Shown in pieces: positions 12,595 through 27,483 of a stretch of 64,000 nucleotides of DNA (positions within the stretch are counted from its first letter, which is position 1; each line of letters starts with the position of its first letter). Below the pieces are notes generated by a model. The model had not been told where the DNA came from and searched no databases. It saw nothing but the letters and a program-made list of their open reading frames with translations. Made by a program: the position numbers and the translations under genes. Source of the DNA: Eledone cirrhosa (Eukaryota); the NCBI GenBank assembly GCA_964016885.1, contig OZ024753.1:38688001-38752000 (forward strand). The letters run 5' to 3'.

Positions 12595-12947
12595 ATATAT
12601 ATATATGTATAGTTTAATAAATAAACAGAGAACAGAAAAACAGAAAAACAAAGAGGAAGTACAAATGATATTACTATTAGTTTCACGCTTGAGAGTGGGG
12701 GGTGAGGGACGCACGTGTATGTTTGTGTTTATATGTGGTGTGGATGTAGGTGGCGTGGTTCGAAAATAATGTAAGTGTTTGTTCGTGTGTATGTTCCTAA
12801 GGTATTTCCATGGAGTGTGAGACAAGATGTTGGAGATTCCTCGTGTCGTAGGATGGATAACTGGAACGATGACCAGTGGTGTGAAATCCTGATATATATA
12901 TATTATATATATAATTATATATATAATTATATATATATATATATATA

Positions 12948-13230
<283 letters not shown>

Positions 13231-13273
13231 ATATATATATATATATATAATTATATATATATATATATATATA

Positions 13274-13343
<70 letters not shown>

Positions 13344-13389
13344 TATATATATATATATATATATATAATTATATATATATATATATATA

Positions 13390-13590
13390 TTGTTATGCTT
13401 TGGGAGGGTCATGTTGCCAATATGAAACACACGCATCAGTTGCTTTCACTTCAATTTATTATAAATTAAATTTATAAATTTAGGAATTTATAAATTTCCG
13501 GTTGGTTGGTTGGTTCCACAACCAGACGATTGTTCATATATTGTCAAAGTTCTTTCGTCACACATTCTGTGACCTCTTCAGAAACGAAAT
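13390..13590 (-). mobile_element. family L element with a hammerhead lacking the 5' strand of stem I
   Basis: ttgttatgctttgggagggtcatgttgcc terminus (also at 31700 and 60382); minus strand CTGAAGA-GGTCACA..TGTGAC-GAAAGAACTT. Confidence 0.75.
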
Positions 13591-13835
13591 ATATATATAT
13601 ATATGTATATATGTGTTTGTATGAGGATGAACATGTGTTAGATGTGTGTAGGTTAAAGAATACGTATGCAAACAAAAATATCTTCAACATCAACAACAAG
13701 AATAACAAAAACAACCTACAACAAGACTTGTCCATTAATTGGCTACAGAAGAATCAGGCGTAGAAGCGCCAGAGATAGGACAGAGGAAGTATTGGTAGAG
13801 CGAACACACCTAGTAGAAAAATGAGTAACTAGACT

Positions 13836-13966
<131 letters not shown>

Positions 13967-14287
13967 TATATGTATATATATATAAAATATACAAAATATA
14001 GGTATATTATATATATATTATTTGTAGTATATATATATATATATATGTGTGTATGTGTGTGTGTATGTATATACATATATATACATATATATATATATGT
14101 ATATATATATGTATATATACATATGTGTGTGTGTGTATGTATGTATATATATATATATACACGTATATGTGTGTGTGTATGTGTATGTATGTATGTATAT
14201 ATATATATTATACGTATATATGTGCGTGTGTGTGCATCTATGTATATATATATATATAATCTAGTTAGTCATTTCTATATATATATG

Positions 14288-14344
<57 letters not shown>

Positions 14345-14346
14345 GC

Positions 14347-14501
<155 letters not shown>

Positions 14502-14849
14502 TATGTGTAGGTGGGTTCCTCTTCCTTGCTCATTGCACCATGCAATATGTTTGGTAAAGGGTGATAAAGTTTAACTCTGGGTTTCTATTCATCTAATACT
14601 TCCTGTGAGAAAAAGATCTAGGACGTGTTCGCCAATATGATGTGAAAAAAACTGAACCCCTTGTCGGTCAATAAACTGTTCACACATACACGTGCATCAC
14701 TATATATATAACTATATATATATGTATATATATATATAACTATATATACATACATATATATATATATATATGAGTGAAAAATAACTCGGATCAGCATACA
14801 ATAAGGTTTATTCCAAGTATATTTATATATATATATTTTTATTTTTATT

Positions 14850-15062
14850 TAACGATCGACTTTCGTCAAATCGGACCGACGAAACAATGTTTCCGTTGGA
14901 CTTTCCAGTTGCTAATACTATCTATTGGTCGCAACTCCAGGTAGAAGGAGCAACGTGAAATAAAGTCTCTTGCTCAAGGAGATAACGCATCGCCCGGTTA
15001 GGGAATCGAACTCACAACCTCACGATTGCGAATCCGATTCTCTAACCCCTCAGCCACATGCC
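14850..15062 (-). mobile_element. tRNA-derived SINE with CORE-like domain
   Basis: Minus strand: gttgtgagttcgattcc...ccttgagcaagagactttatttcacgttgctcc; related copies at 20370-20500, 22608-22820, 28430-28680, 57813-58150 and 63700-63810. Confidence 0.8.
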
Positions 15063-15115
15063 TCCATTATATATATATAATAGTTATAAAATGTGGAGAA
15101 GGAGCACACGAGTTG

Positions 15116-15535
<420 letters not shown>

Positions 15536-15558
15536 TATATATATATATATACACATGT

Positions 15559-15614
<56 letters not shown>

Positions 15615-15663
15615 TTTTTTCTTCCTAATAATCGTCTTTTTCTCCCTATTTTCATATATATAT

Positions 15664-15697
<34 letters not shown>

Positions 15698-15915
15698 GAA
15701 AATAGGGAGAAAAAGACGATTATTAGGAAGAAAAATATTGTTGTCTCCTTTTAATTTTTTCTCTTTTTTTCTGGGTTAGAAAATGTTTAAAACAAAATAT
15801 TTTACTTTGTGTGAAGTGTTAAGGTATTAGTTAATACATTTATTAATTAACAATGGCATTTATTTATTTATTTATATATTTAATAATTGTCATATATATA
15901 TATATATACACACAT

Positions 15916-15972
<57 letters not shown>

Positions 15973-16070
15973 TGTGTGTAAGTGAGTATGTAGTCATATT
16001 TACATCTATCGATCTATCTACCACCTACCTACCTACCTGACCTTACCTACCTACTGGACATTGAAGTTCC

Positions 16071-16102
<32 letters not shown>

Positions 16103-17184
16103 GTCTGTCTCTACACACACGCAAATATATATATATATATATATATATATCCAAAGAGATCGGTATATAATATTATGATCCTGCGTCTGTATGAAGCTAA
16201 AAATCCAAGACCTCAGGGAGTTGGCCCATTCAAATATCACAGGAAACCACATATCTCGTATTTTGTAGGGAATGATATCATTAGACTAAAAACAAAAACA
16301 AAGAGACAGAATAAGTATTACATTTACATGACGGCTGAAGGATTGATTTTTCTATTGAATACTACGTTAATGTGCAAAATTGGACACCAACAAGGTGGCT
16401 GACGAGGTAGAGATTCAGTTGTTTGCTCGTGGTTTGTAATTATGTTTCTGTGTACATTTTCTGGTGATTACTCAGCCACTTGCACGTTAGTATGAACAAG
16501 CTGTCCCTTTAACATAAAAAAACTTAAACACTCATCATCGAAATCAACGGAGCTCCATTCCATTCCATTCCTTTCCATTCCATCCTACTAGTTATTGTTA
16601 TTCAGGCCAACATTTTAATGGAGGACTGTCATATCTTTTATCAACTTCTTATGGCGTATATAACTATATTTTGTTTTCTATAAAATAAAATGCTACTGAA
16701 TATTTTACGTTTGTTTTTACATTTTACATTTTACATTTTACATTTTACATTATACGTTTTTTACTTTCCTATTAATTATCAGTGTACTATAGCTGCGACA
16801 AATATAATTTTATCGAAATAAACATTATCATGTGAAAACTTGATTCCTTGTCTGAGGATAATTTATATTGCCTGTTGGTTCATATCGAATTATGTCTCTG
16901 AGCAATATTCCATCTTTGACCCACTGCCAAGCGTTGTCAATACTGCAACGGCTGTCAAAATTTCTCGTCAAATAAAGAGAGAGATAAAGAAGAAAAAATA
17001 AAAAGGGGTGGTAGAAAATGTCTGGCAAGCATTGAAAGGAATTTTCTGTAAAGCCGATAGAGTTTAGCCGGAAGCGGAACAGATTCATTTGTCTGCCATG
17101 CTCTTATATATATATGTATATATATATATTTTTTTCCATATTCAGTGGGAAAAAAATGTACAACTGAAAGGATAAATGGTGAAG

Positions 17185-17284
<100 letters not shown>

Positions 17285-17789
17285 AAAATAACAATAACGG
17301 AGCAAAAAATATACAGACAATATGAAGATAAGATCGTTGTGAAAGGAAACAGAAGATAGAAGTAAAATAAAATGAAATGAACTCGTATATATATATATAT
17401 ATCATATTATTTATTTATGTTCATATATATATGTATATATATATATATGTATATGTGTATGTATATATAAAATGTCTTAGAAAAAATATAGGGGAAGCTT
17501 AGAATATTAATATTTTTACTCGCATTTCCTTTTTGACCCGAGGATATCATTGTGAGATATGTCATATTCCACCTCAGGCAATTATACCATATTCACTAAT
17601 GAATGATGACGGCAAATAAAAATGGATTTTATGACCAAGAGGATCTGTTCCCTAACCTTTAGTCTTGCAGTTCTTCATCAGGTCAAGGGTGCTGGATAAC
17701 TGAGGGGGATCGTATTGAAATAAAGGGTTATACTAGTAAATGTAAAAAAAAAACAAAAAAAAACAACCAAAAACCCAAAACAAAACCAA

Positions 17790-17987
17790 AGAAGAAGAAG
17801 AAGAAGAAGAAGAAAGAAAGAAGGAAAGAAAGAAGGAAAGAAAGAAGGAAAGAAAGAAGGAAAGAAAGAAGGAAAGAAAGAAGGAAAGAAAGAAAGAAGG
17901 AAAGAAAGAAGGAAAGAAAGAAGGAAAGAAAGAAGGAAAGAAAGAAGGAAAGAAAGAAGGAAAGAAAGAAGGAAAGAAAGAAAGAAA
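17790..17987. repeat. (GAA)n/(AAAG,GGAA)n purine microsatellite
   Basis: Direct reading. Confidence 0.95.
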
Positions 17988-18204
17988 ATATTTCTTGACT
18001 TTAACAGACAGTGCAGTGAATATCTTGGGAATATTTTGGCTCGTGAACTGACATTATTTCGCTGTATCAAGTTCTAATCTAAGCTATCATACATTTCTGT
18101 TTGAGACGATTATTACGACCTAATCGAATTAACTAGAGTATTATTTCAGATTTGTTTTCAAAGACAAGCTTAGGATTTGAAGGAATGTGATAAGATTGTA
18201 GTGA

Positions 18205-18352
18205 ACGACGAGTTGGCAGAGGCGTTAGAAATTCAGATAGAATTCTTTGCGGTAATTCGTTTCAGCTCTCAACGCTCTGAGTTCGAATTTCCGCCGACGT
18301 CGACTTTTCATTTTTATCATTTCTAGGTCGATAAATAAAGTATCAATCCAAC
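18205..18352 (+). mobile_element. degenerate Nin/Deu-domain SINE
   Basis: gagttggcagaggcgttag, ctgagttcgaa, gtcgataaataaagtatc. Confidence 0.65.
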
Positions 18353-18751
18353 ACTATATATTTATTTATGTAATAAACAACATAAGACAATTATTCCATT
18401 TACCAAAAGGTTTCACGAAGACAGACTAGCTCGACACAGACGTCTGAAGTCGTTCGTCAGAATGAAATATATATATATATATATATACATGAATATATGT
18501 TAGGCTTCTACATAAACTGGAAACATTCTCCTAATTTGTAGAAAACTTATAATGAAACAATTGTTTGGAAAGAGAGATATATTTTAACTTTAATTATATC
18601 TCATAAAATAATACAACTGGCTTTCCACATAATACATATAGTTAGCACCCCAAACACTTAAATTGGGTTTATACTAACATATAACCTAATGTTTGTTGAG
18701 TGAGGTGGTTACCAGTCAGAGTTTAGCTTTAAGCTATCTCTGTTATTGTAT

Positions 18752-18801
<50 letters not shown>

Positions 18802-18806
<5 letters not shown>

Positions 18807-19041
18807 ATAATAATAAATTTGAAGTCTAAAATCCAAAGAGGGCTCGATAAGAATAAATATATATCAAATATATAAGAACCGTAGTGCAAACATTTATTAA
18901 AATAACAGATTAAAGTTTAAGCAAAGAATCGCTGCTTTCACCCTTAACGGGATCTTCTGAGTTTCAGAAGATCCCGTTAAGAGTGAAAGCAGCGATTCTT
19001 TGCTTAAACTTTAATCTGTTATTTTAATAAATAATTAATAA

Positions 19042-19045
<4 letters not shown>
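18802..19045. mobile_element. family E palindromic element with CAGAAGA-core hammerhead-like motif (18960-19010 +)
   Basis: AGTTT-CAGAAGA-TCCCgttaaGAGT-GAAAGCA gcgattctt TGCTT-AAACT; other copies at 36570-36710, 53200-53605 and 62164-62355. Confidence 0.8.
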
Positions 19046-19120
<75 letters not shown>

Positions 19121-19542
19121 AAAAAAGATGAAAACAAAAATGCATCTGGAGTCTTTTTTTAAAATATATTTATTTGGTTCCTTTACCGGTTTCGCAGTTC
19201 TTGTGCTTTTCAAAAGTAGAGTGGAGATGGAGGGTCTGTGGTTTTTCTTACATCTGGTTGGTGTTTGAATGTTACTTCTGTTTTATATGGAAAAAAAGTG
19301 GCTCGAAATGCTAGGTTTTTAGAGAAGTAATTTGGTTGGTTGGTGAATAAGTATATATATAGATAAGTAGTTCCACAACAGTTAGGAAATTGCGGAAAGT
19401 TTTGCCCTTGCAGGAAATGGGGAAGGATCCCCATAACCTTTGGCGTCCCGTTGACAACCACTTGCGTGGAAAATAAACCGGATATGTAATACCAATTGCC
19501 TGTGGTAAATGTTCAATAATAACAATGATAATAATAATAATA

Positions 19543-19925
19543 ATTGTTTCTACTTTAGGCACAAGGCCAGCAATTACCCAGTACATTACTGGTACTTTAT
19601 TTTATCGACCCCGTAAGGATGAAAGGCAAAGTCAACCTCGGCGGGATTTGAACTCAGACTGTAAAGGGACGTAACTATGCTAGAAAGCATGGCGTCCAAC
19701 CCTCTACCGATACTGCCATTTCTACTATAGGCACAAGACCAGCAATTTGTGGAGAGGGGAAGTTGATTAAATCGACCCCAGTGCATTACATATGCTTTAT
19801 TTTATCGACCTCGTAAGTATGAAAGATAAAGCAAACCCCAGCGGGATTTGAACTCAGAACGTAAAAAGGCCGTAGCTCTATGTCGATAAGCATGTTGTCC
19901 GACACTCTACCGATTCTGTCAATCC
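19543..19925 (-). mobile_element. two tandem Nin/Deu-domain tRNA SINEs
   Basis: Reverse complement of the SINE consensus twice (ggatttgaactcag, tttatcgacc, gatgaaaggc). Confidence 0.85.
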
Positions 19926-20588
19926 AATATTGAATATAAAATTCTAAAATATTATTATGTATATAATTGTATATAATTTAACAAAACAAATAACAATTGA
20001 TAACATATGCAGAAAATTGCAGATTTTCGTAAAAAAAAAGGGGTTTTAAGTTTTTGACATTTACGATGAGTTCCTGTGACAGAAACGAAGCGAAAAATGA
20101 AAACTTACATATATTCACTGAACACAGCAACCTACGTACACACACACACACACACACACATTATCATCATCATCATCATTTTACGTCCGCTCTTCCCTGC
20201 TTGCAAGGGTGGGACAGGAACTGATTCTGGCTTGATTTCTACAGTTGGATGCCCTTCCTAACACCAACCTCATTTACAGTGAGTGCTGGGTGCTTTTTTT
20301 TTGCCGTGGCACCCCCACGACCACTTTGCAGTGGAATGATAGGGACTCCAGTCCTATCATCTCATTTCTACAGCTGAGTAAACTGGAGCAATGTGAAATA
20401 AAGTGTCTTGCTCAAGGAAACAACACATCACCTGGTCTGAGAATTGAACTCACAACCTTTCGATTGCAAGGCCAATGCTCTAACCACTAAGCCATGTGCC
20501 ACACACACACACAATTGCTTAGAGAAATATAGGTAGATATAGTAGTGTGTGTACTTTACAAACAATACAGACAATATATTAATCAAAC

Positions 20589-20617
<29 letters not shown>

Positions 20618-20620
<3 letters not shown>

Positions 20621-21158
20621 GATAAATCTACCAAGAGTTTACGGTAGTGTCCAATCCGTATGAAGAACTCAATGTATTCCGGATATCATGGAAAGAAGAG
20701 ATGTAATGAAAATCCACTTTCGGTGAAAGATAAACGGTATACAGAGTCAAGATAAAATATTAAACAAATAATGAATAAACAATTCCTTATATTAAACAAA
20801 AAAAGTTCATTATTTAACGATCGTTTCTAGGGTATATATGTGTTATAATTGGTATGCATATTCAACAGATCTATGTACAAAATTATACAAAATTATACAA
20901 ATTATCAAGATTAAATATACATACCTAACACATATATACGCCGTCTTCAGAAATAATTATTTCTGAAGACGGCGTATATATGTGTTAGGTATGTATATTT
21001 AATCTTGATAATTTGTATAATTTTGTATAATTTTGTACATAGATCTGTTGAATATGCATACCAATTATAACACATATATACCCTAGAAACGATCGTTAAA
21101 TAATGAACTTTTTTTGTTTAATATAAGGAATTGTTTATTCATTATTTGTTTAATATTT

Positions 21159-21160
<2 letters not shown>
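20618..21160. mobile_element. family B palindromic element with two hammerheads (20809-20957 -, 20956-21104 +)
   Basis: Perfect inversion centred on aaataattattt, which is stem I of the ribozyme; CTGAAGA...GAAACGATCGTT. Confidence 0.88.
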
Positions 21161-21193
<33 letters not shown>

Positions 21194-21298
21194 ATCTATG
21201 TATATATACATACATATATATATGTGTAAGTGTGCTTGTATTTGTATACATATATCGAGATATTTATATGTATTTGCATATATATATATATACATATA

Positions 21299-21342
<44 letters not shown>

Positions 21343-21414
21343 TAGAGAGAGAGAGAGAGAGAGAGATAGATAGATAGATAGATAGATAAATATACACGGG
21401 TGTGTATGATTGTG

Positions 21415-21731
21415 TATAGAAGATTATATTAATAAAAGGAATTCCAACTTTGTCTGATTTACTCGTTTTATTTACAATCCTTTAAAATTTATAATGCTAT
21501 TAGAATGAAATAGTATGGTAGAATATTAAATGTTAAGTGTTAATTGAACAAGTACTTTCATGCTTTCGCAATCTTCAGGTTCATAATGTGTGGTGACAGT
21601 CAAGTTTGCAATTTTCAGAAAATTAACACTTAACATTTAATATTCTACCATACTATTTCATTCTAATAGCATTATAAATTTTAAAGGATTGTAAATAAAA
21701 CGAGTAAATCAGACAAAGTTGGAATTCGTTT

Positions 21732-21735
<4 letters not shown>
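21415..21735. mobile_element. family F palindromic element with minimal hammerhead (21545-21583 -)
   Basis: TGAAC-CTGAAGA-TTGC gaaa GCAT-GAAAG TA CTT-GTTCA; about 105-bp inverted arms. Confidence 0.85.
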
Positions 21736-21768
<33 letters not shown>

Positions 21769-22195
21769 ATGTATGTGTATATATATATATATATATATAC
21801 ACATACACACACACAGAGAGACCTACCCCCCCCACACATATATATATTTATATATATATATACATTTACCCCATAACAAAATTAACTACGGTATTGTTTA
21901 GTGAGGAGAAATCAGAAATGTGCTTCAGATACGCCTTACGTGAGAAAAATTCTCATGTCATTATATCTACATCTAGAAATGTGTGGGAAGAGTGTAACAA
22001 ATTGACCGGACATCCTGTGTTGTAGTAATAAATCTCACTCTGTTATGTGTGAATGGAAGCCCAATCTAAGCCCCGTAGCCCTTATACAATACGTTAAACA
22101 GTGTACACTTATATTATTGTATAGTCTAAGTTCAAATCAAACCGTATCGTTCAATATTTTGCTTAATCTTTCTGCGTTGGAACACAAATTGCTTC

Positions 22196-22372
22196 AACTG
22201 AACTAGAACTGTTTCATTCAAAATATATCATCAAGAAAGCTTTCCTGATGATATCTTTTGAATGAAACAGTTCTAGTCCTATAGAAGCCATTTCTATATT
22301 AAATATGATGTTTACACTCTACAAATTTATTGAGTACCTTACTAACTATGGTTAGCCCCGAATGAACCCGGG

Positions 22373-22378
<6 letters not shown>
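22196..22378. mobile_element. family G palindromic element with hammerhead (22240-22288 +)
   Basis: ttc-CTGATGA-tatcttttgaat-GAAACAG ttctagtc CTATA-gaagc. Confidence 0.8.
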
Positions 22379-22408
<30 letters not shown>

Positions 22409-22487
22409 TTCCTGCTATATCAAGCGTTAACCTAATATATCCCTTCCATATACTGTACCGATTGTGTTGTTATTTCTGTTTACCTTT

Positions 22488-22541
<54 letters not shown>

Positions 22542-23094
22542 GGATGAATGTGAGTCTTTAACTCTATTTTTTAAATTTGATATATATATATATATGTATA
22601 TATATATAGTCGATCGACTTTCGTCAAATCGGACCGAGGAAACAATGTTTCCATTGGTCTTTCCGATTGCTAATACTATCTATTGGTCGCAATTCCAGGT
22701 AGAAGGAGCAACGTGAAATAAAATGTTTTGCTCAAGGACATAACGCATCGCCCGGTACAGGAATCGAACTCACAACCTCACGCTGGAGAGTCTAATTCTC
22801 TTACGACTCACCCACACGACTTATATATATATATACACAACAGACAGAGTTCCACAATGTTTGTTATTTCCAGTAAATGTTTAACAACAAACCTATAGGT
22901 TTACTCCTTTGAAGGTGAGTCAATAATGGAGTTTATATTTCGCTCCACTTGATGTGTTAACGATTAATTAGACATAAAAGTGACATATGGTTAAGAATAG
23001 GAGACGATCGATTGTGGTGTGCTGGTGTCACATCTCAACAATCGATAGCCAATTAATAACAAAAGAATAGCCAGCTGTAGAGCAATAAAAATAA

Positions 23095-23310
23095 TCATGG
23101 ACCTCCGTTGGTTTCGATGATGAACGTTCCAGTTTTTCTATTAATGGAACAGCCTGCTAATTAGATTTGCGTGTAATTTGTCGAGCCGTCCATGGACACG
23201 TCGTGTACTCCTAACGTAATTCGCTAATTCGTCGTAATTCGCTAATTCTTACGGAGATTCAACATGACACAATGTCTTATAAGGTTGGCCCTTTGAATTA
23301 CAGATAAACA
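23095..23310 (+). mobile_element. old interspersed repeat (probable SINE body)
   Basis: ctccgttggtttcgatgatga...; a diverged reverse-complement copy lies at about 16400-16555. Confidence 0.5.
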
Positions 23311-24540
23311 TCCATCCTACGAGCTTCCAAAGAGTTTCCGTCCACACGATTTTACTCACAATGTATGGGTCGACTCGAGGCTATGGTAAATGACACTCGC
23401 TGAAATTGCCACGGGATCTAGTAGCTGAGTAACCATTTAAAGGATCGCTTGTTTGTTGGTGCTCTCTACGAAATGAAAATCTGTCTCGACGGGGGACAGA
23501 GAAGTTGTTTCTCTCGAGAATGGGATACACTGTTGGGATATAGTTTCATTTATTTAAATAGAAATCTGTATATGGAGAAAAAAGATGAAAAATTTGCCAA
23601 ATACAAGAGAATATGGCTCAGGAACACACTGTCTCAAGGTAGTATAACATCGTGAGGATGGCTCACATTGTGAGGACGGAAGGATTGAAAAGCCGTCGTC
23701 TTTTGTATGTGCTTGGCATAATACTGTGTCACCTAGAGCTGTGCAGAGATGACGGTGACATCAGAAAGTTTAAATATTAAGGTATATAGACAGAACAGAT
23801 TTAGACACAAGTAACAAAATATGTTCAAGGAATTTTATGTTAAAATTACAGGTGAAACAAAGTTATGTAGAGTCAACAACTAAGATCTAAACACAAGGAA
23901 TAACTGTATTTAGATCTAACACTTTGACTATGTAACTTTGTTTCTGACGGAACTATATTGTACATAAACATAAATTGCAACCATGCTCAACTATTGCAAA
24001 GAAAAAATCCCACTGGAAATATATATACAAACGATTCTTCAAAATAACTTCATATAAAATAGAAGTTTGATCAGCAACAGACTATTATAATTATGTTCTG
24101 AAAAATGGCGATACAGCCATAAGGTAAATATATAGTAAATAACAACAATCAAATATATGGTGGATAACATTCGTTTCAACTGAGTCATAATGCAAACCCC
24201 ATCAGCTTGGCCAGATAATTACAGGCCTCACAATCGAATATGTTACTTTGAGATACGTATTACGGTGTATCTACAAGATTATATTACAGTATTCTTTTTC
24301 AGAAACAGTGTAGAAGGAACATATACTAAACTTATTCATAAAAGTAAATACATTGCAACAGTTTACCGTTACTTTCTTGTGATAAGCATTAATAAATAAA
24401 TAAATGAATAAAATAAAATATATGGAATAAATAAAAGGAAAAATATGTTCATCTATCATCATAGGTGTTATAAATCTCTTTGCTGTTGGCATCTCAGCAG
24501 GAACATTGAAAGTTTAAAATGTTTTTATGCTAGTTTATAA

Positions 24541-24700
24541 GGCGTCGAATTGGCAAGAGTGGTTACATCGTCTGATATAAGGCTTTGTTGTATTTGTTCC
24601 GGCACTCTGCTCTCTGAGTTTAAATCCCACCGAGGTCAACTTTGCCTTTCATACTTTTACAGTCGATAAAAAAAATACCAGTCTAGTACTGGGGTCGTTC
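24541..24700 (+). mobile_element. Nin/Deu-domain SINE
   Basis: ggcgtcgaattggcaagagtgg, ctgagtttaaatccc, gcctttcatac..gtcgataaaa. Confidence 0.75.
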
Positions 24701-25319
24701 CTTCCTCTATACCTCTTTCTCTCTTCTATTTTCTCTATTTCTCTATCTTTCTCTGGAAGAAATCATGGACCAAATGAGGTTTATTTTTCAACATAGTCCC
24801 TGGGAAGAAACAATGCAGTTATTAATAAGAAGAATTAAAATGAACGTATGCAAAATTTCACAGCAGTAGAATCAATCCTTCATAGTCAGCCTATGAGATT
24901 TTCATCCCACCCTCGTACAACAGATGCACACCGCATGGAAATGAAATATTCAGCAATATTTTGTATGAACCGATGACTTATCAAAGTCATCTTAACTCTT
25001 CAGATTCGTGATTCCTAATCAATGTCTGCATATTTTAATGACAATTGTTATTAAATGAATTGGACAATATTGTAATGACAGTAAATTATATAAATTATCT
25101 CTAAATTTCAGTGCAGCAGCTTGCTGCAGATATTCATCTTGATATAATGTCCCAGGTGACGAAACACAAAGTTACTTTCTATACAAGAAATACCTTAAAA
25201 TGCTTTGCATAATTTCTAATAATCTCTGTAATAATAACTTCATATAACTGGACGGTAGAAGTTTTATTTCAAGTTCGATGTCTATATTCAAATTGAATTA
25301 TCCGCTCAAGCAAACTCTT

Positions 25320-25660
25320 TTACTGGTTTCAGTCATTAGACTCCGGCCTTGCTGGGGCACAGCATTGAAGGGAGATTTTTACTGGTTTCAGTCATTAGAC
25401 TCCGGCCATGCTGGGGCACAGCATTGAAGGGAGATTTTTACTGGTTTCAGTCATTAAACTCCGGCCATGCTGGGGCACAGCATTGAAGGGAGATTTTTAC
25501 TGGTTTCAGTCATTAGACTCCGGCCATGCTGGGGCACCGCTTTGAAAGGAGATTGGTTTCAATCATTAGACTAGTCATTCTCAGGCACTACCTAGAAGGA
25601 CTCTTTAGTGGTTTTAGGCATTAGGCATTAGACTGAGGCCATACTGAGGCATCGGAGTAA
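25320..25660. repeat. about 59-bp minisatellite (4 good plus 2 degenerate units)
   Basis: tactggtttcagtcattagactccggccatgctggggcacagcattgaagggagatttt. Confidence 0.9.
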
Positions 25661-26416
25661 AGGTATTTTTAAGATGCCCAGGCGACGTTGTTTGTCACTA
25701 AGCTGCCATTACGACTCTATCAGCTGTTACAAATCCATACATCTCAGATAAAAACGGCTTCACATTCGTTTTATTTTTTATGCTTGAATTATTTTGAAAG
25801 AAACTTGTGTGTAGTTAATACCATGCAAATAAATACATTGTTGGAAAACCATTGAACATTTTCCCAGTCATTTAACAAAGGTGTACATTGTAGCTGTAAC
25901 TCCTGGCGCAGTCATAGGGGCACCATCATGTCAAACGTCGTGTCTTAAGCACTTTAAATCAGGCGGAATCCAGGAAAAAGAGTGAATGATAGAAAGGAAG
26001 TGACTTAGAGGAAGAATCGACTCCAGTATTAGACTGGTACTTCTTTTCATCGACCTCAAAAGGGTGGAAAACGATATTAATCTCAGGAGAATCGGAACTC
26101 AGAAAGTGCAGAGTACCAGAACAAATTACCGCGAAGCTTTCTCACATCTTTGTCAGTTCGTCGACTTTCTAAGAACATATGGGGTTCAATTCCCCGTAAC
26201 GGCCAATGGAAATCTCTTTTTCCGTCTTTTAAGGGTTTTTACCCAATTTTATAAGCTATCTTTATAGCATTTCTGCACTTGAGCAATGTCTTCGTACTTA
26301 TATATATGTACATATATTCTCAACACTTCAAAAGCCGAAAATATATATATATATAGGCATATACACATACATACACACATACACACACATGTATGTATGC
26401 GTATATGTATATATGC

Positions 26417-26469
<53 letters not shown>

Positions 26470-26794
26470 AATAATGGAGCTGCGCGTTGCAAATGGGATA
26501 CATATGAAAAAGTAAGTCCTTCATCAGTGACCCTCCAACCGTCCCAGGCATTTCATCGCTTTAAGGGCCATATACCTCAGGTTGGTGCGAACAACGGCTA
26601 AAAAAAGTCGTTGGGACACGTAAATAAAGGGGACGTTAGGGTTAACAAACAAAATGGTTTAAGCAACAGAAAGTGAGAAGAAAGAGACAAGTCCCAGATT
26701 TCTATGAATATAAACTCGGTGAAATCGTGAACAAGAGACAAAAGACCATCAAACCTGGTTGAAATGTGAGCAAGGAAGGAATTTATACATATAC

Positions 26795-26841
<47 letters not shown>

Positions 26842-26854
26842 CATATACAGAGAT

Positions 26855-27152
26855 TATATGCCGGCCTCCCACGCATATCAGTCGTTGTACGTAAAAGGAG
26901 AGTAAGATTTGCTGGCCACTGCCATCGTGCCACCTACGAGACTGTGTCCCCCATTAGTGCTTTGGAAACCACAAGCAGTCACTAATAACAGGGGACGCAA
27001 GCTCTCCTTCCCCGATGTCATCTCCAGAGATTCTGGTATTGAAATCCAGGACTTGGCAACGGCAATGAACGACAGACCCACGTGGCGATCAATTGTTGAG
27101 TCTATTTCGGCTGAGGCCGCCACCGGATGATGATGATGATGATGATGATGAT
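26855..27152 (+). mobile_element. RTE-clade LINE 3' end with (GAT)n tail
   Basis: RRVRFAGHCHRAT / PLVLWKPQAVTNNRGRKLSFPDVISRDSG...AMNDRPTWRSIVESISA* (frameshifted), followed by (tga)n. Confidence 0.85.
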
Positions 27153-27324
27153 ATCTGTATAGGAATATTATATATATCATATAACATATATATATATCAT
27201 ATAACTTAGTTATAAATACATATAACATAGTACAACATATATTTATTTGCATACGTCTGTTCACATACACGAATTATATTAATTTGTCTAGTATAAAGTT
27301 TTAAAAATACATCACAACCACATG

Positions 27325-27483
27325 ATTCCTTCTTCTTCTTCTTCTTCTTCTTCTTCTTCTTCTTCTTCTTCTTCTTCTTCTTCTTCTTCTTCTTCTTCTT
27401 CTTCTTCTTCTTCTTCTTCTCCTCCTCCTCCTCCCCTTCTCCTCCTCCTCCTCCTCCTCTTCCTCCCCCTTCTTCATCTTCTT
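27325..27483. repeat. (TTC)n/(CCT)n microsatellite
   Basis: Direct reading. Confidence 0.95.

Noticed and set aside
17660-17690. CTGATGA on the minus strand as a hammerhead
   Set aside because: No downstream GAAA, stem III or stem I partner.
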